Shown here: piece after piece, positions 43,101 to 58,100 of the stretch
Position numbering within the stretch: position 1 is the stretch's first letter
How the letters are laid out: every line of letters begins with the position of its first letter
From: Candidatus Omnitrophota bacterium
Lineage (GTDB): Bacteria; Omnitrophota; Omnitrophia; Omnitrophales; Aquincolibacteriaceae
Assembly (NCBI GenBank): GCA_903856085.1
Contig: CAIOAT010000047.1
Span: forward strand, 84,634-148,633
DNA length: 64,000 nucleotides
Direction: 5' to 3'
Translations under genes and position numbers: made by a program
The notes under the pieces: generated by a model
Databases searched by the model: none
What the model saw: the letters and a program-made list of their open reading frames with translations, nothing else
Told to the model about the DNA's origin: nothing

Positions 43101-46100
43101 TCGGCCTGGGCCTGCGCGGCGAGATCCTTTACCATTTGCGCATTGCTTTGGAGGAGGTCCAGAGGATCCACGCCCCAAGCGGCAAAGAGAGCGCGAAGGT
43201 CCGTCAAATTAACCATCCCGTCGCCCGTGATATCGAACTCATTGACTTTCGAAACCATTTCTTCGATGCCTTGGATATCGCCGGCATCGATCACGCCATC
43301 GCCGTTGCGATCCACCGAAATGATGTCTTCGGAAGTCATGCCGTTTTTAACGGCCTCTACGATCTTTGTGAGCTTTTGAACATCCTCCCCATTGACCACC
43401 GAATTCCTCGTCTGGTCGGCCTTGGCCCAACTCGCGATGCTCTTCGCCAGATTAAGGGCATCCTGAGCATCGATCTTGCCGTCTTTATTGACGTCGGCTT
43501 TTTCCACCTGCGCCGTCGGGAGACTCCGCTTGTAATAATCCTGCATACGTTCAAAATCGGCCGCGGTAATCTTGTTGTCGGCATTGACGTCCACGCTGTT
43601 AAAATACGAGTTATTGATAAGCTGCTGGTCATAACGCGTGACTTTGCCGTCGGCATCAATATCCGCCAGTTTCGCCCGGGCGATGATATCGGTCCGGGAC
43701 TTTGCAATATCAGTGGCAATACGCATCACAAGATCCCGCACCTTCTCACCGGCCACTGCCGTCACAACGACGCGCCCCGCAACAAGTTTCGCATTGAGAT
43801 CCGCAACCTTGGCGGACGCCACGGTCAGAGAATCATTGATCCCGGCCACGAAGGTACGCGCCGCAAGCTCCAATACCTTCAGACTGTTGAGTGAGCCCTC
43901 GTCGATCTTCAGGGCATCCTCAAGAGGATTTAGACTTGCGTCGGAATAAGTCGTCACGCTCGACGCCAATTCTTTCGCGAGCTGCCCAAGTGCTTCCCAG
44001 ATCGCCATGCCCTTGGTCACGCGGAATGCGATCGCCGGCGATATCGCCGCAAGCTTCGCGTTGATGCCGGCCACTTCTTCTTCCGCGACGAATCTCAAGC
44101 CCGCCAGCTGTTTGGCCCGGTCCATACCCGCAAGCACCTTCGCAACCGCCTGGACCACCACATTGGCATTGACGCCAAGCAAAGGTTCGATGTCATTGAT
44201 CTGCAGGTCCGTGATGGGGATCAGGCTGTCATAGACCGTCTTGGCGGAAGTGACGATCGCGACATCCTTTTGATCGACCTTGCCATCTCCGTTCACGTCG
44301 ATAATATCGTTGATGACGTTCGCGAACGCGTCCACATCCGCTTGATCGAACTTGCCGTCATGATTCACATCAGCCCGAACAAACGCGTCTGTCTTTGTTC
44401 CCGCGTTCGACAAAGTCGAGATGGCCTGCCCCAGCTGCTGATAACGTTTGGCTTCCTCGACGAGCGCGATATCCTTTTCATCCACCACGCCGTCATTATT
44501 CACATCCTGGATCATGTAATTGGCGACGGCTTTCTTAAGCGCGATCCAGTCGCTCTCGTCGATTTGAGGCTTGAAAGGCAGCGTAAGCGCTGACGCCGTC
44601 GCAACTCCGTCCAGAAATTCGGGCGTTTTTGTGGAATCGACCAGGACACTCGAGTTCAACTGATCGGCCGGGACTTCAAAAACGGCGCGATCGAGATTCT
44701 CTTTGCCTTTAGTCAGCTGAGAATAGATCTCCGCTCGGGTTCCGTCGGACAGCATGTACGTGTCGGCGCGGATTCCCTTCGCAGCATCGTAGACATACTT
44801 CACAAGACCCGCCACCGCGGTTCCCGTAAGGAGGACCGTATAGATCGGCTGCTTGGAGGTGTTGAGCGAAGTGCGCTTGGTCCACTGGCTCGAGGTAATG
44901 CCGCTCACAAGAGCGGCGATCTCGCCGCTAATATTGAGACTGGTCTGCTGGGCCGGCGTAAGCGTATAGGTGTCCACAAGCGCAGAACCATCCGTCTCTA
45001 TGGCGTAGCGATGGAAGAGCGTCGGCTTTGTGCCGAGGGCGTCGCCCGTATGATTAAACTCGACGGAATACAAAGGATTGCGTTCGGAATCGAGATAGAC
45101 GCGTGCGGTCCGGGCGCTCGTCGCAAGCAAAGACAAACTTGTGCGTAACGCCGCCGCATCACCAAGGTTCTGCGTGAACGCTGCCTTCTGGTCCGCCGAC
45201 AAGACGAACTGATCGGCGGCAATGATCGCGCTCGTCGGGTCCGCGGCATCTTTCCGGATGAACTTATAGGCCGAGACGATCGATCGGTCGGTGCTCGACA
45301 GAACGAGCGAGTACTGGAGGTTGCCGCTCGCGTCATTGACAAACAGACTCGAATCCTTATTGATGTCATAAATAGGATTCAGGAGATCGGCTTTGGTGAA
45401 ACCCGTCTCCTTGCTTTCCATGATATCCGCTATGCGAACGACATCGGCATTATCGATCTTGCCGTCGCCGTTGACATCTCGGACTGACGTAAAGGTCGGG
45501 ACCCCGTTTGCGATCGTGATCTGGTATTGACCCGCGCCGATGCCGGCGATGGTCCCCGAGGCCACTTGGCCCGCGATCACCGTCCCGTTCAGCGCCACAT
45601 TCTTCAGGTTCGTGCCATCCACAGTGTAGGTCACTGTCCCGTCTGGGATCGTCGCTGTGGTGGTAGTTCCGGTCACGGGCGCAGCGACTTGGATCTTCGC
45701 CAGAGCCGCCGCAAGCATATCGCGATCGGAGAGCGTCACACCGCCGGTCTGATCGATATTCGCCTTGGCTATTTCGCCGGGCTCGGGAATCTTGAGCAGA
45801 TTGGCCGGATTTGCGTTGTATGCTTGGATGTAATCGATCACAGCCTGAACTCTCAGAAGATCCGCCTGACCCAGCTCATTTCCACCGGCAAGATTCAGAG
45901 ACTGAGGATTCTGATAAATGCTCCGGTAGAGATTGAAGTCGTCGTTATTCACCTGCCCGTCGCCGTTAAAATCAAGCATTGCCTTAAGTCCGGTGGTACC
46001 GTCCGCGCCGTAAAGGACGGTACCCCAATCATTGATGCTCGAAACCCCCGTGAGGCTTTCCGGGTGCAACAGATCGACCGCATCTTTCATGGCCTGCAGG

Positions 46101-49100
46101 CGGTCGACATCCTTCTGGTCGATCCAGTTGTCCCCATTTATGTCCATCTTATTGCTCAAACCTTGGACATAGGAACTCACATCGTGCGGCTCAACCAACA
46201 TCACGGACCCGTCAGTGGATAAGCGCACCTCGTAGACCACTGTTCCGAGGGTCACTCGCTGGATGCCGTCGGCGCCAATCTGCGACTTCGTACCGTTGAA
46301 GGAGTACGTGCCGTCGTCATTCTTGGCATAAGTGTAATTAGTGCTGTTCAATGCAAGGACCGTCGGGCTGACCACGGTGCTCTCGGCATGCTGCTGGGTC
46401 AGCGTGACACGCCCCCATGTATCCACGGCCAAAAGATAGATCTTACCGCCGATCGTGACATGCTTATCGCCCAACGTATTTTTAGATTCTTCCGGAACGC
46501 CGGAGAGTTTGGACTCGGTAAATGTGTAAACTCCCTGATTATCATCAGAAATGGTGAATTCGCGGCCGTCCACGATGAACTTCGCGGGGTTGAGGAGCGC
46601 CTCATAATTCTTGAGATCGGCCTCATCGACGATGCCGTCCTTATTGGTATCCGCTTTGAGATAATCCTGCAGGGTGAAGCTCGTCCCGAGAGCGAAGTAC
46701 TGGGTGAGCTTTTCGGCCTGAGCGACATCCGCCTCGTTGACCACGCCATCATTATTCAGGTCATACTCATAGAGCTTGTTGGCTGTCGCGAGAAGCATGG
46801 CCTTGTCCGTATCGTCGACCTTGCCGTCTTTATTCACATCAGCCAGGGCGAGATCCTCGGGGGTAATATTGAGGCTGAAGTATTGCTGCATGTCATTGGC
46901 GAGGCTGAGATCGAGCGAATCAAAAACCCCGTCCCCGTTCAGATCGCGATCGGCCATCGCCGCGATCGACGCCTCCAGAGCATCAACATCTTGACCGTTT
47001 ACCTCATTGTCACCATTAACATCAGCGCGATTGTAATCTTGCGGCTGGATCACTTCGCCGCGACCGGCCGCATCCTTGACCGATTGGACCTTGGCAAGCA
47101 GCGCCGTCAACGCAGCGGGAGTCAGATCGGCTGTGGTGATCTGAGCACCCGCGTTTTCGGGCTTTTGATTATAATTCGCCACATAGCCCTTAAGCGCAGC
47201 CAAGCCATCGTTCAGCTTTGTCAGGTCATCGCCAGTGACCGTTCCGCTGCCGTCCAGATCCGCCACGGCCCCTTCGTAATATTGTTTTTTGTTTAGATCG
47301 TACACTTCGCCGCCGATCGTGACGCGGAGAGGCGCTGGATTACGCGTGGTGGTTTCGACTTTGAGATTATCGAACTTCGCGGTCGTTTCGGTCGCCAGAA
47401 GCGCGATGCGCCCGGAGGTGAGAGCCGTATCGGTCACCGAGGCCACCTTCTTTCCGTTCACCCACACGTTGATCTTGCCGCTGTCATACTCGATCCGGAC
47501 CTTGGCCGTCTGGTCTTTCGCCCACGTGAAGCCGAGCGGGACCTGGACCGAAGAGTTCACCGGCATATCCTGGACATTTCCGGCGACTTTCTTACTGAGC
47601 GAAAGCATGCCGGTTTGGCCATTGATGGAAAGCTGGTAATAATTGTTGGCGTCCTGGTCATTGAACCGGATCTGGACCTGGTCGCTTCCTTCGGTCGTCA
47701 CGACATCCGTCTCGAACGCGAAAGCGCCCTGCGTCACAAGGGACGTCAGAAGCTCGGTCGATTCCCCGGCCGTGGTCGTCTTGATCGTTTTGAGCACGTT
47801 GTTGGAAACCACCCAGAGGCCCGACTTGATAACCCAGTCCGGAGGCATGACATTGGAGTCGAAATTGGTATTCACGACCGACGTCAAGATCTCCGGGTTC
47901 GTCGTGTAGGTCACGGACGGATTCGTGGCAAGAACGAAAGTGTAAGTCGAATCGGCGTTCTTCCGTATCCAGTATTCCTTGCCGTCCAGGAGAATGCTTT
48001 CATCATACTTGTGAGCGCTCACGTTGTCGTACTGCTCGACCAGCTTGATCGTTCCGGTAAAGCTGTCGCGCAACACGTTATAGATCTTGTTCTTGATCTC
48101 CACCCGGTTGGAGGTGGCGTTCGTGGTAAAGGTTTTGTAGCCGTCAAAAAGCAGGTAACTTCCGTCGCCGCGGTCGGTCACCCGGTAATCAACACCCTCA
48201 AGACTGATGAGCTGGTCAGCCGCGGTCACCGACGTCTCGAATTTCTGGATAAGCGACAGTCTGCCTTTGTCACGGTCGAAACGGACGAGATATGTTTTAC
48301 CGTCGAGCGTGATCTCGTTGGACTTCGGATCGCTTATCTGCCCGTTGATCACATAATTGCCGGCGACGTTGATACTCCAAGTGAACTTAATCTTGGCTTC
48401 TTTGTTGTCAGCGGAACAATTATCGCTCGGCGGATCGCAGATGGTGCCATTCATAGCCTGAGGACCGCCGTCCGCTGAGGAGTAATTCTTGTGCGGCTCC
48501 ACAAGCTGGATCCCGATCTTCCGCGTAAGATCATTTTGGATCTGGTACGAAACATTATCCAATGTGATAAAGCGAGATGCCGCATCTCCCTTGACCGCCA
48601 CCTTGGTGTCTTTGTCGGTAAAGGTGAGAGAACCGTCACGGTTTTCCGTCACGTAGTAAGTGCGGCCCCCTATCTCAAGGACCTGATCCGCCAGCGTTTC
48701 GCTTACGAGATGACGTTCGATGAGACTCACGAAGCCGGTGAAAGGATCCTGCGCGATATCATAGAGGATGCCGTCGAGCTCCACGCTCGGCTCAGTGTCA
48801 TAACTCTTCACCTCGGGTTGGCCGCCTAACACAAAACCAAACTTCATGTTCCCGTGATCGATGACGCCGTAAGTCTTGCCCTTAACTTCGATCACCTGAT
48901 CAAAGCGGTGCTGGCTCGCCTTGGTCGCTTCGACCAGCGTGACCACGCCGGTATCTTTATCCACCTGGATCTGGAACACCGTGCCGCGGATCTCGACCGT
49001 CATGTCCGCATTGCTTGTGGCGCTCTCGGTTCCGGATTTAAATGTGTAAAGATTCCCAACAGGAACCACATCCCAGGTGGCGCCAAGCAATTTCAGGACA

Positions 49101-52100
49101 TAGCCTTCTTTGCGAACACTCGTGTCAAACGGCGCGATCAGCTTCACTTCACCCGATCCCGAGATTTGCAGGTCATAGAGCACGTTATTGATCGTGACCT
49201 GTTGCTTGCCGCCGGCCACCACGCTCGAGCTTGCGCTGTGAACGCCGTCGGTGAAGGTATAAATGTTCCCGACCTTCAGATACGAATACTCCGTGACGAG
49301 AACTCCGCCTGTCACAGGATTGACTCCCTGAAGATCGATCTTGGTGGCAGTCACTCGTTCGCTTTCCGAATGGCGCTCGACTAGCTTGTCGAGCTTCTGC
49401 GATCCGTCAAAATAGAGGTCGTAGATCTTGTCGCCGATCTTGACAAAGTTGACGCCCAGGAAGCTCCGGTATTCGCTGTCCGCGTTGTAGAAGGTGTAAG
49501 TCCCGTTGTCGTTCTTGCGGGTCAGATATTCAGTGCCTCCGATGATCATCTTGTCGGTCCCGACCCACTCGCTGCGAAGCGCCGTAGTGCCCACCAAGGA
49601 CAACCTCTCGCTCGTCACGACGTTGAGCTGCTGGAATTTCATCACATCCGTGATCAATTGGACATCCGCATCATTGACCACACCGTCGCCGTTGAGGTCC
49701 TTCTTGAGGGCGAGGGCCGATTCGATCAATTTATAATCCATTTCCGTTATAAGGCCGTCGCCATTCACGTCGATCTGCGCAAGTTCCGACGGTGACAAGG
49801 AGCCGGTGGCTTGCATCTGCTGGACCGTCTGCTGAAGCGCGATGGCATCGTCATAATTGACCTGCCCATCCCCCAGATAGTCCGCCTCGACCAGAAGCGA
49901 CGCGTAATTTGTGAGCGAATCATTAAGATTCGCCACATCATCCGCGGTGATCTTCTTATCGCCGTTCACATCGGCCCGAGCCAACTCATCCGCAGTGATA
50001 TTCTCCTTCAGGCCGTCAATGATCGCACCGAGCCTGGTGACATCCGCCGTATCCCCAACGCCGCCCCGTCCGTCGATATTAAAGGTCGTGTTCAAAACCT
50101 TCTTCATATCCTCGACGTCATTCTGGTCGACTTTGCCGTCCCCATTGATATCGGCCGCCTTGAGTTCCTTGGGCTGTTTTGCCTGCCCCAGCTTGAGAGC
50201 TTTCAGGATGTCGTCCATCGTGGCAAGATCGCCGTCGTCAAATTTCCCGTCGCCATTGAGATCGTACTTGCTGCTGGCGGTTACATATTCCCTGAGCGCA
50301 TTCGCGTCATTGTAATCGACTTTTCCGTCATGATTGACGTCGGCAATCGTCACTTTTTCAGCGGTGACTTTTCCCGGCTGCTGATCGAGCGTCCACCCGT
50401 CGATCGGGTTGTCGATCAGATCCTGAACCGTGTGCTTCACGCCATCGATCGTGATGACGTTTTCACCGGTCGTGCGGTCGATCTCACTTGTGATCTTCTC
50501 GGTTCCGTTCGATATGGCGTATGAGGCGTTCTGAAGATCGAGAATGGTCCAAAGACTATCGACGTCCAACTGGTCCACCAATCCGTCGCCGTTCACGTCC
50601 TGATAGTTCCTGGCAAGACGGCGCAGCTCGGCGCGGTCGGCGTCATCGAATGTACCGTCTTTATTGACATCCGCACGGGCGAGATCGCGCGGCTGCGGCA
50701 GATGGAGGTTCATGACGTCCTTGAGGCTGTAAACCTTGCCGTTCACCATGATGACGGGCACCGGTCTCTTCACCCGGCTCGAAAGCGTATAACCCGTCAA
50801 GAGGGTCGGATCATCGGTCAGGTCGATCACTGAGTACGTCTTCCCGTTGACCGTGATGATGTCCTCGCCGGTCACGGCATCGATCTCGCTGTCGATGCGC
50901 TCGGTGGTGCCATCCTTCGTCACGAAATAGGAAAAATCATTGCTGTAATAATAGGTTGTTCCGTCGAAGAGTGTGTACCCCTCTTCATTCTGCGTCACTT
51001 TATATTTGACGCCGCCCAGCGTGATCATGTTCTCCTCGGATTGCGCTTCTGACACCCATTCGACCAACTGGATGCCCTGCGCCACGCCTTCATCCAGGAT
51101 CTTGAAGAGCACTCCGTTGAGAGTGACCGTTGGCACCAGGATCGACCCGTCGGATTTCAGCTCGCTTGTTATTGCGGCGCTGTCGTTCTCTCCCCGGATC
51201 TCATAGCGGTCACTGCCCAGGCGCAGGATCATGTACTTTTTCCCCTGCAACTGAACCACGGAATCCGCCTTCTTGACGCTCACCACATTGGGGATATCCA
51301 GGCGGATGTGCCCGGTGACCTCGTCTTTGACGACCAGCGAGGTGATCCCGTTGATCACGATAAGCCCGGACACCTTGTCGCTCGTATACCGGTTCAGCCC
51401 GTCAAACAAACTGTAGGAGCCGTCCCCGTTATCCGTGGTCTGATAGAGATCGCCGTTCAACTCAATCACAGAGCCCGTAACGTCGGTGGTGCTTGCGACC
51501 CCCTCCACAACAGCTACCTTCGTGGCCTTGAGCAGGCCATTGGGGAAAGAAACGTTATAGACAATATTTCCGATCGTGACCTTGTTGTCCGCGACCTGGA
51601 AAACTTCACCGACATCGTTTGTCAGGGCCCACTTCCCGGCGGACAGGGTCACAAGATATTTTTTATCATTTAAAAGAATGAGCTGCTTGGCGACTTCGGC
51701 GAGCGGCTGAACCGAACCTGCCAACGAGATGCGTCCGCCTTCGAGAGCGACAATATCGAAATCAGACCCGTTCACAGTAATCAGAGTCCCGTCGGCATTT
51801 CCTACAAAGCTCGCGCCGGAGAGAAGGTCCTTCATCTGATAGGCTCCGGTAACCAATTTTGAAACGGAATATTCGCGGCCCTGGAGCTTCAAGATTTGAA
51901 TAAATTCAGGCCGCGCTTCCGTCAGAGAAAAACCGCTCGTGGCATTGATCGCGTAGAGGACGTTCCGGATCGAGATGGTCTTGCCGTCCGCAGAGCTCCA
52001 GTAAGTCTCTGTTCCGTCTGACAATTTGAATCCATCGCCGACAGTCTCCACCGTGTAATACTTATTCCCAAGAAGAAGTGCGTCCTTCAGCCCCAGAACT

Positions 52101-55100
52101 CCCTCGGCATGCTTCTCGACCAGTTGGATGCCTTCGGGAGCTTGCTTGATGTCATAGAGCACACCGTCGATTAGCACCGTGCGGCCGTCGGCATCGCTCT
52201 GGTAAGTCGCACGGAGACCGGGTTTGTACCTGTCTTCACGCGAGAAGGTATAAGTCCCGTCGTAATTGGCAAGCACCCAGATCTTCTCCCAGGAGTTTTG
52301 GCCTGTTTGACCCGCGCCCCGGTCAAAGAAGACGACCTGATTCGCCTTCACGACATTTCTTTCGACGAACACCAGCGCTCCGCCGGAAGACACGATCTCG
52401 AAGGGCTTCCCTTTAATCTCGATCACATCCCCCACGCGACCCGAAACAGTGCGCACATGCGTCGTATCGGTCGCCGCTATCGTTTCATCGGTGAGATAGA
52501 TCTCCCCGTCGTCCTTTTCCTCGATCGTCAGGAGCGTTTTGTTCAGCGTCACCTTGCGCGCCGAAGTCGCGGATTGAGTCCATGTCACTGAGACGTCAAA
52601 GACATCGCTGCCCTGGACATCGTAGACAACGCCGTCAAAAAGCGTTTCGGAATTGAACTTCGTATCAAAAGGATTTTGACCGTTATCGAGCGTCACGTAG
52701 TCGGGTGATCCGGAGGTTGCGCGCACCGCCCAAAGATCCCCGCCGACTTTCACGACTGGATCCGTGATCCAGACAAAATCGCCCGCGGCCAAGACCTTGT
52801 TCGTGATCGTATTCACTCCGTCCGTCAGATCATACGTGCCGCCTGAATCACGCGTCACCGAATAAATATTATTCTGCCACTTGATCATTTTTCCGGAGGC
52901 CGCCCGGACGCTCGAGCGTTCGGTCTGGAAGTGCACGGTGCCGGAACCATCGATGGAGACCTGATACTTGATACCACCCACTGTGATCAAATTCTTCGCC
53001 GACGTAATATCCGGAAGACCCGGAGCCGGCGACAAAAGCTTCACTTCCCCGCCCGCGATCTTATCGATCCGGTAAGTCGTCCCACCGAACGCGATCTCCT
53101 GGAAGTCGGTATAAGCCGTATCGCTGTTGGCGGTCGACAGGGTCACCGTCCCCGTCATTTCATCGACCGTTCCGGTATATTTGACACATCCGGAGGCAGA
53201 ACACAGTTCCAACTCATGACCCGCAAGCGGCGGGACATAAAGCACATCGGCGTGACCCGTTTTGGGATCAGTAATGTCAAAAACCTGATAACCGGCGACA
53301 ACCGTCGCAGAGGGCGTGATGCGGTATTCCGTCCCGGCCAGCACGATCGTTTGCAGACCGTCCGCCAATTTCACCGCGGTCTTGTGGGTCACAAGCTGCG
53401 GACCTCCTTGCTGGATCACAACCAAATTCGTCTCGGGATTGAAAAGCCCGATCTGCGATTCGATCGACTCTTGCCCGTTGTCAAAATAGTAGGTGTCGGC
53501 GCTCTTGGTCCTCACTTCGTAGATATCCTGTCCGGACTTCACAAATGTCTTCGCGGCGTCGTATTTCAAAACCGTGTTAAGAAGCGTCGGGCTGTCAATG
53601 GCTCCCGAGGCCGACTTGAGGGTCAGTTGCTCGGTGCCGTCCCGGCGCAACGGATCCGGCTCAACCGTAAGACCGGTGACGACAAATGTAAAGCCGGTCG
53701 GCTTCCCTGCGGAAGAGGTGACGCTGAAGTTATATTTGTATTTGCCAATGATGATGGGTCGGTTGGTAAGCGGCAGGCCTGCAAAAGAAAACTGCATAGG
53801 ATTCGAGCTCGGGTCATACACGACATCCCCATTGGCATCGCGAATTTCTGCGTACCAATCGGCATTATCAATCTGGGTCCGATCCTTTACGGAAACGTTG
53901 TACGTCGTTCCGTCCAACACAAAACTGGATGCAAAACTAATTTCAGTTTCCACGAATTTGAAAGCGGTCGGCTTCCCCTCGGAAGTGGAAACGCTAAAAT
54001 TATAAGTGTGGCCGTCCATCGTCACAGATTTGTCGACGAAGTCCGTTAGCGTGGACGATGTAAAATGAGTAACCTCAGCTTCCGAAGCATCATAAATGCC
54101 GACATACCAGGTGCCAGAGCCATCGTAATTTTCCTTGATGGAAGCAGAATAGTCCTTTCCGGCCAAGGCAAAGGCGGAGGTTTGATACTTGGAGTCCGAG
54201 GCAACCAAGTTGAATCCGCTGGGTTTCCCGCTGACAACATTCGTAGTAACGCTAAGTTTATAGTAGTGATATTCTCCATCCGCGCCTATAAGACTGATCT
54301 GTTGACCATTAGGAACATAGTCATAATCATAATACGTCCTGTCGTAAGACCCCGCGTCATCGTAGATCCGGACATGATCTTCCGCTACCGTAACGTGATA
54401 GTCCGTTTTATCCGCCGCTGTAAAAGTTGATTCGTAAGTATAATCAGTGGCGACGAATTTAAACTTCAGGGGGCTGAGACTCGAAACGTTAAAATCAAAG
54501 GCATGATAGTTCGAGTCGGAACCGTAGAGGCTTATGGATGTTGTAGTCGGAGGATTGGCTGATGACATCCCAAGCTCACTAAGGTCAGCAGGATAGTATT
54601 GAAGGTCAGTGTTATCGTTATAAATCCTGACAAACCAGGTGCCAGAAACATCGCCCGTATCAGGGTCCGTAGAACGCTGATCTTCCACATAAATATTACA
54701 AACCGTTTCTTTCGAGGTTCCTGCATAAAAAGTTTTACTTGCTGTATAAATGCCGTCAGAAGGATTGGTAGTTGATACAACGCTCGTCAAACCCCAGGTC
54801 GAAATAGTCTTCGGAATGGTCTCCGCTGTCGCGCCCCAACTGGGTATATCCAAGTTGATACTCTGGCCCCAACTCGGTATCTCCACCGTGGTTTGAGGAA
54901 TGCTCGCAGGATCAAAGGCCGGCAGGAGAAGGTTGCCCGTCGCCAGGAACTTGTAACCCGACAGCACGATCTCATTACTCCCCGGCGTTATCGAGAGAGG
55001 CCACACTACATCTTGACCAGGATACCAGGATTTTATTTCCTCCACACTGTACCCGTACTGGATGTAAGGAAAGACAGAAGAATCGACCAAAACCAGTCCG

Positions 55101-58100
55101 TTCGAAGCCGTGTCATAAGCCCAGTTATATGTTTTGCCGAGCACGCTGATCGAGTACGAACCATTCAAAGGACTTTGAATCGTCACAGCTTCCAGTGTCG
55201 GGTTGGCGGCCGTTCCTTTGAGTTCATACAACCGGGAATCGATCTCAACGATCGTTTTACCGCTCGGCACCCAGGCCGGTGGGGCCGCGACAAACTTGAA
55301 TTTGAAGGGCACGTCATCTTGAACCAGGACGCTAAAATCACAACTGACATTTCCAAGCGTTATCGGGCTGTTCACCGTGGAAAGCGGATAGATATAATCC
55401 TGCCAGACCACAGCACCATCAGCCGTATGAATGCGGCCATACCAGTAATTTTCCCCATAAACGTCCCAGTCAATGTTGTACGTTGTTCCGAGCAATGAAA
55501 AGGTCGTCGAGAAACTGTCGGTCGGGATATTCACCTCTGCGCTCGAAACGCGATCCGTGAAAAAGTGGATGGGCGTGCCGTCGCCGTTCGTGATGACGAT
55601 CTTTCCGGCCACATCCTTCATCTCGTAATAATTGTCACCACTCTTGACGACCCGTGAAGTCAGATCCTGAGTCACCGGTCTCACAAGGGTCGCCTCGACA
55701 ATTCCCGAGGCATTCTTTGTGATCGTGAAGGTCGAACCGGACAAATCGATCGTGCCGTTTTGCAGAATCGTCTGGGTACTGCCATCCGGCATCTTGAAGC
55801 CCATGCTCCCGTTGACATTCATCGTAATTTCGTACCGCGTGCCGTTATAAAACAGGTCTTCTTTGGGCAGAGACATGGTCGCCACAACGCTTTGAACAAG
55901 ACTGAGCGACCCGTCCCCGGCCGTCTGGATCCCATAGAGAGTACTCGGGAATTGGACCGACTGACCCGCCGCATCTGACGTGATGGGAGCAACTCCCGCG
56001 GCAAGCGGCGTAAAAACATAGTGCGTCGAGACCTTCGTAACGCGGTACACCACCCCGTCGACCTTGATCTCGTAAGCCGAAGTCATGTGGGCCGAGACGT
56101 CATCGGATTGGATGCTGATCTGACCCTCGGGGCTTTGCTGGATCGAGAACTTCACGTTCGACAGCGTAATCTTGCCATCCGGCGAATAGATCTCGGCCCC
56201 CGTCGCCTTGTTCACGAACCTGTAACGCGTGTCCGGCTTATCAATCTGATACGTGATGCCCTCGAACTGCAATTCCTGAATAATGGCTGTCACATGTGCG
56301 CTCTTGCGGACCGTGCGGATCTCGATATACCCGTCGGTGGTCGTTTCCACTTCATAAACCGCCCCTCCAAGTGACACCGTACCGTCAGTCGTGAGAACCG
56401 GCTCCTGGCCCTGAACCGTGAAGGCGTAGTTACCGCCGCCGAGATCACTGACCATATAGGAAACGCCCTCGAGCCGTATCTCTTGATCATTAAGAACCTC
56501 GGCGATCTCAGGCAGAGCATCGACCTGGATCATGTTCAGGATCGGATTGTAAGTCACGGCAAACGGGGTCAAACCAGGAATGGTGAGACTAGTAATGTTA
56601 TTGCTGGTGACGGTGGTGTAAATCTTGCTCGTGTCACTTACCGGCGAAAAGCTCCACTCGCCATCCCACACGCCGTTAGTGAGTTCCTTGACCACCAGAT
56701 AATCCTGACCATTCACGGTGGTAACGAATTGGGCCGCCTGAACGCTTGTTTCATAATCTTGCTTAACCTGAAGATCGTTCAAGGTCGTTCCCGTAACGAG
56801 GAAAAGCTTTCCGTTCAATGTCACGGTGTGGCCCGATGCGGAAGTCTCACTCGTAAAAGTATGCGTACCGTCGCTAAACACAAATTCGCCGCCGACAAGG
56901 GTCACGGCATAATTCACTCCGCCGGCGCTCAGCACGGTTTGGGAAGCAGCTGTGGCGGATTCCGGGTTCTTCGAAAGGTCCACGATCTCATACGTCACGG
57001 GCTTGGGAACGATCGAGATCGCACCGGTCGAAGGATTCTTCGACACGCGATAAACGGTATCATTCATAATCAATTCCTGGTTCTCCGTGCTCGTGAAAGT
57101 GCCCACCGGCGAGTGGAAGCGATAAGTCCCGTCCCCGAGATCCGTCACGGTATAAAGCCTGCCGCTGACAAGGATCGCGTCGGACTTGGCCGCCGTTGCA
57201 GTTTCGGGCGAACGTTCAATGACCTTTCCGATCTCTTGCGGGAAATAAGCCTCCAACAGGCTCTTATTGAGTCTCATGAGTTCCGACACGGACATGTCGT
57301 TGGTCGTAGTCTTCGCTTTTGTCAAAAGAGCCTTGGCTACGTCATCGAGTTTGTCGGTGATTGTCGTACTGGCGCCGGCGGCCTGATAATCCGAATCCCG
57401 CATCCTAACTTTCAGAATGGCATTCACAGCATCTACCCATTCGGTCTTGGCAACGGTTGTCGGAGGCACGGCATTAAGTTTCGCCCTGATCGCCGCAAGT
57501 CCGATCGCAGTACCGTCCGCTCCTTTATCCCATCCTTCGGCCAAACCATTCCCCTTCAGGGAGTTGGAATTCAAATTCCCCTTCAGGTCACTCGTGGTTA
57601 ACCTCAGGGAACCCATTTCGATATTAAAAATCTGGGAATCCTCGCCGTCGATCTTCCCATCGCCATTCAGGTCGGCACGAGCATCCACAATCGCGCTTCT
57701 CAGGAATATGCCGCGCACTTCAAGCTGAGAACCGTAGGAACTCGGATAACCGGAGAACGGCTGCGTCCCGTTGCTTGTGAGCGGCTTGCCATCGCCGTAG
57801 AAGTCCGACACGGCAAAACGGATCACGTGGTGGCCTCCGGTCAGATGGAGAGTCGTGCTCACTTCATTGAAGTTCTGTCTCAGGGCTGAAAGGTTCATCA
57901 CGGTGCGCGGCTGAGCCTCGCCGTCCACGAACACGCTGATCTCAATCGTGGAATCATACCCATCGGGGAACTTCAACGCATTTTTCGCATTGAATCCGAC
58001 CACATAATCCCCAGCATTCTCCACATCAAAACCGTAGCTGAATTTCTTGTCCTTCCGCTGAACGATGAGACTTTCCCCGTCCATCACAAATGCCGGTGAC

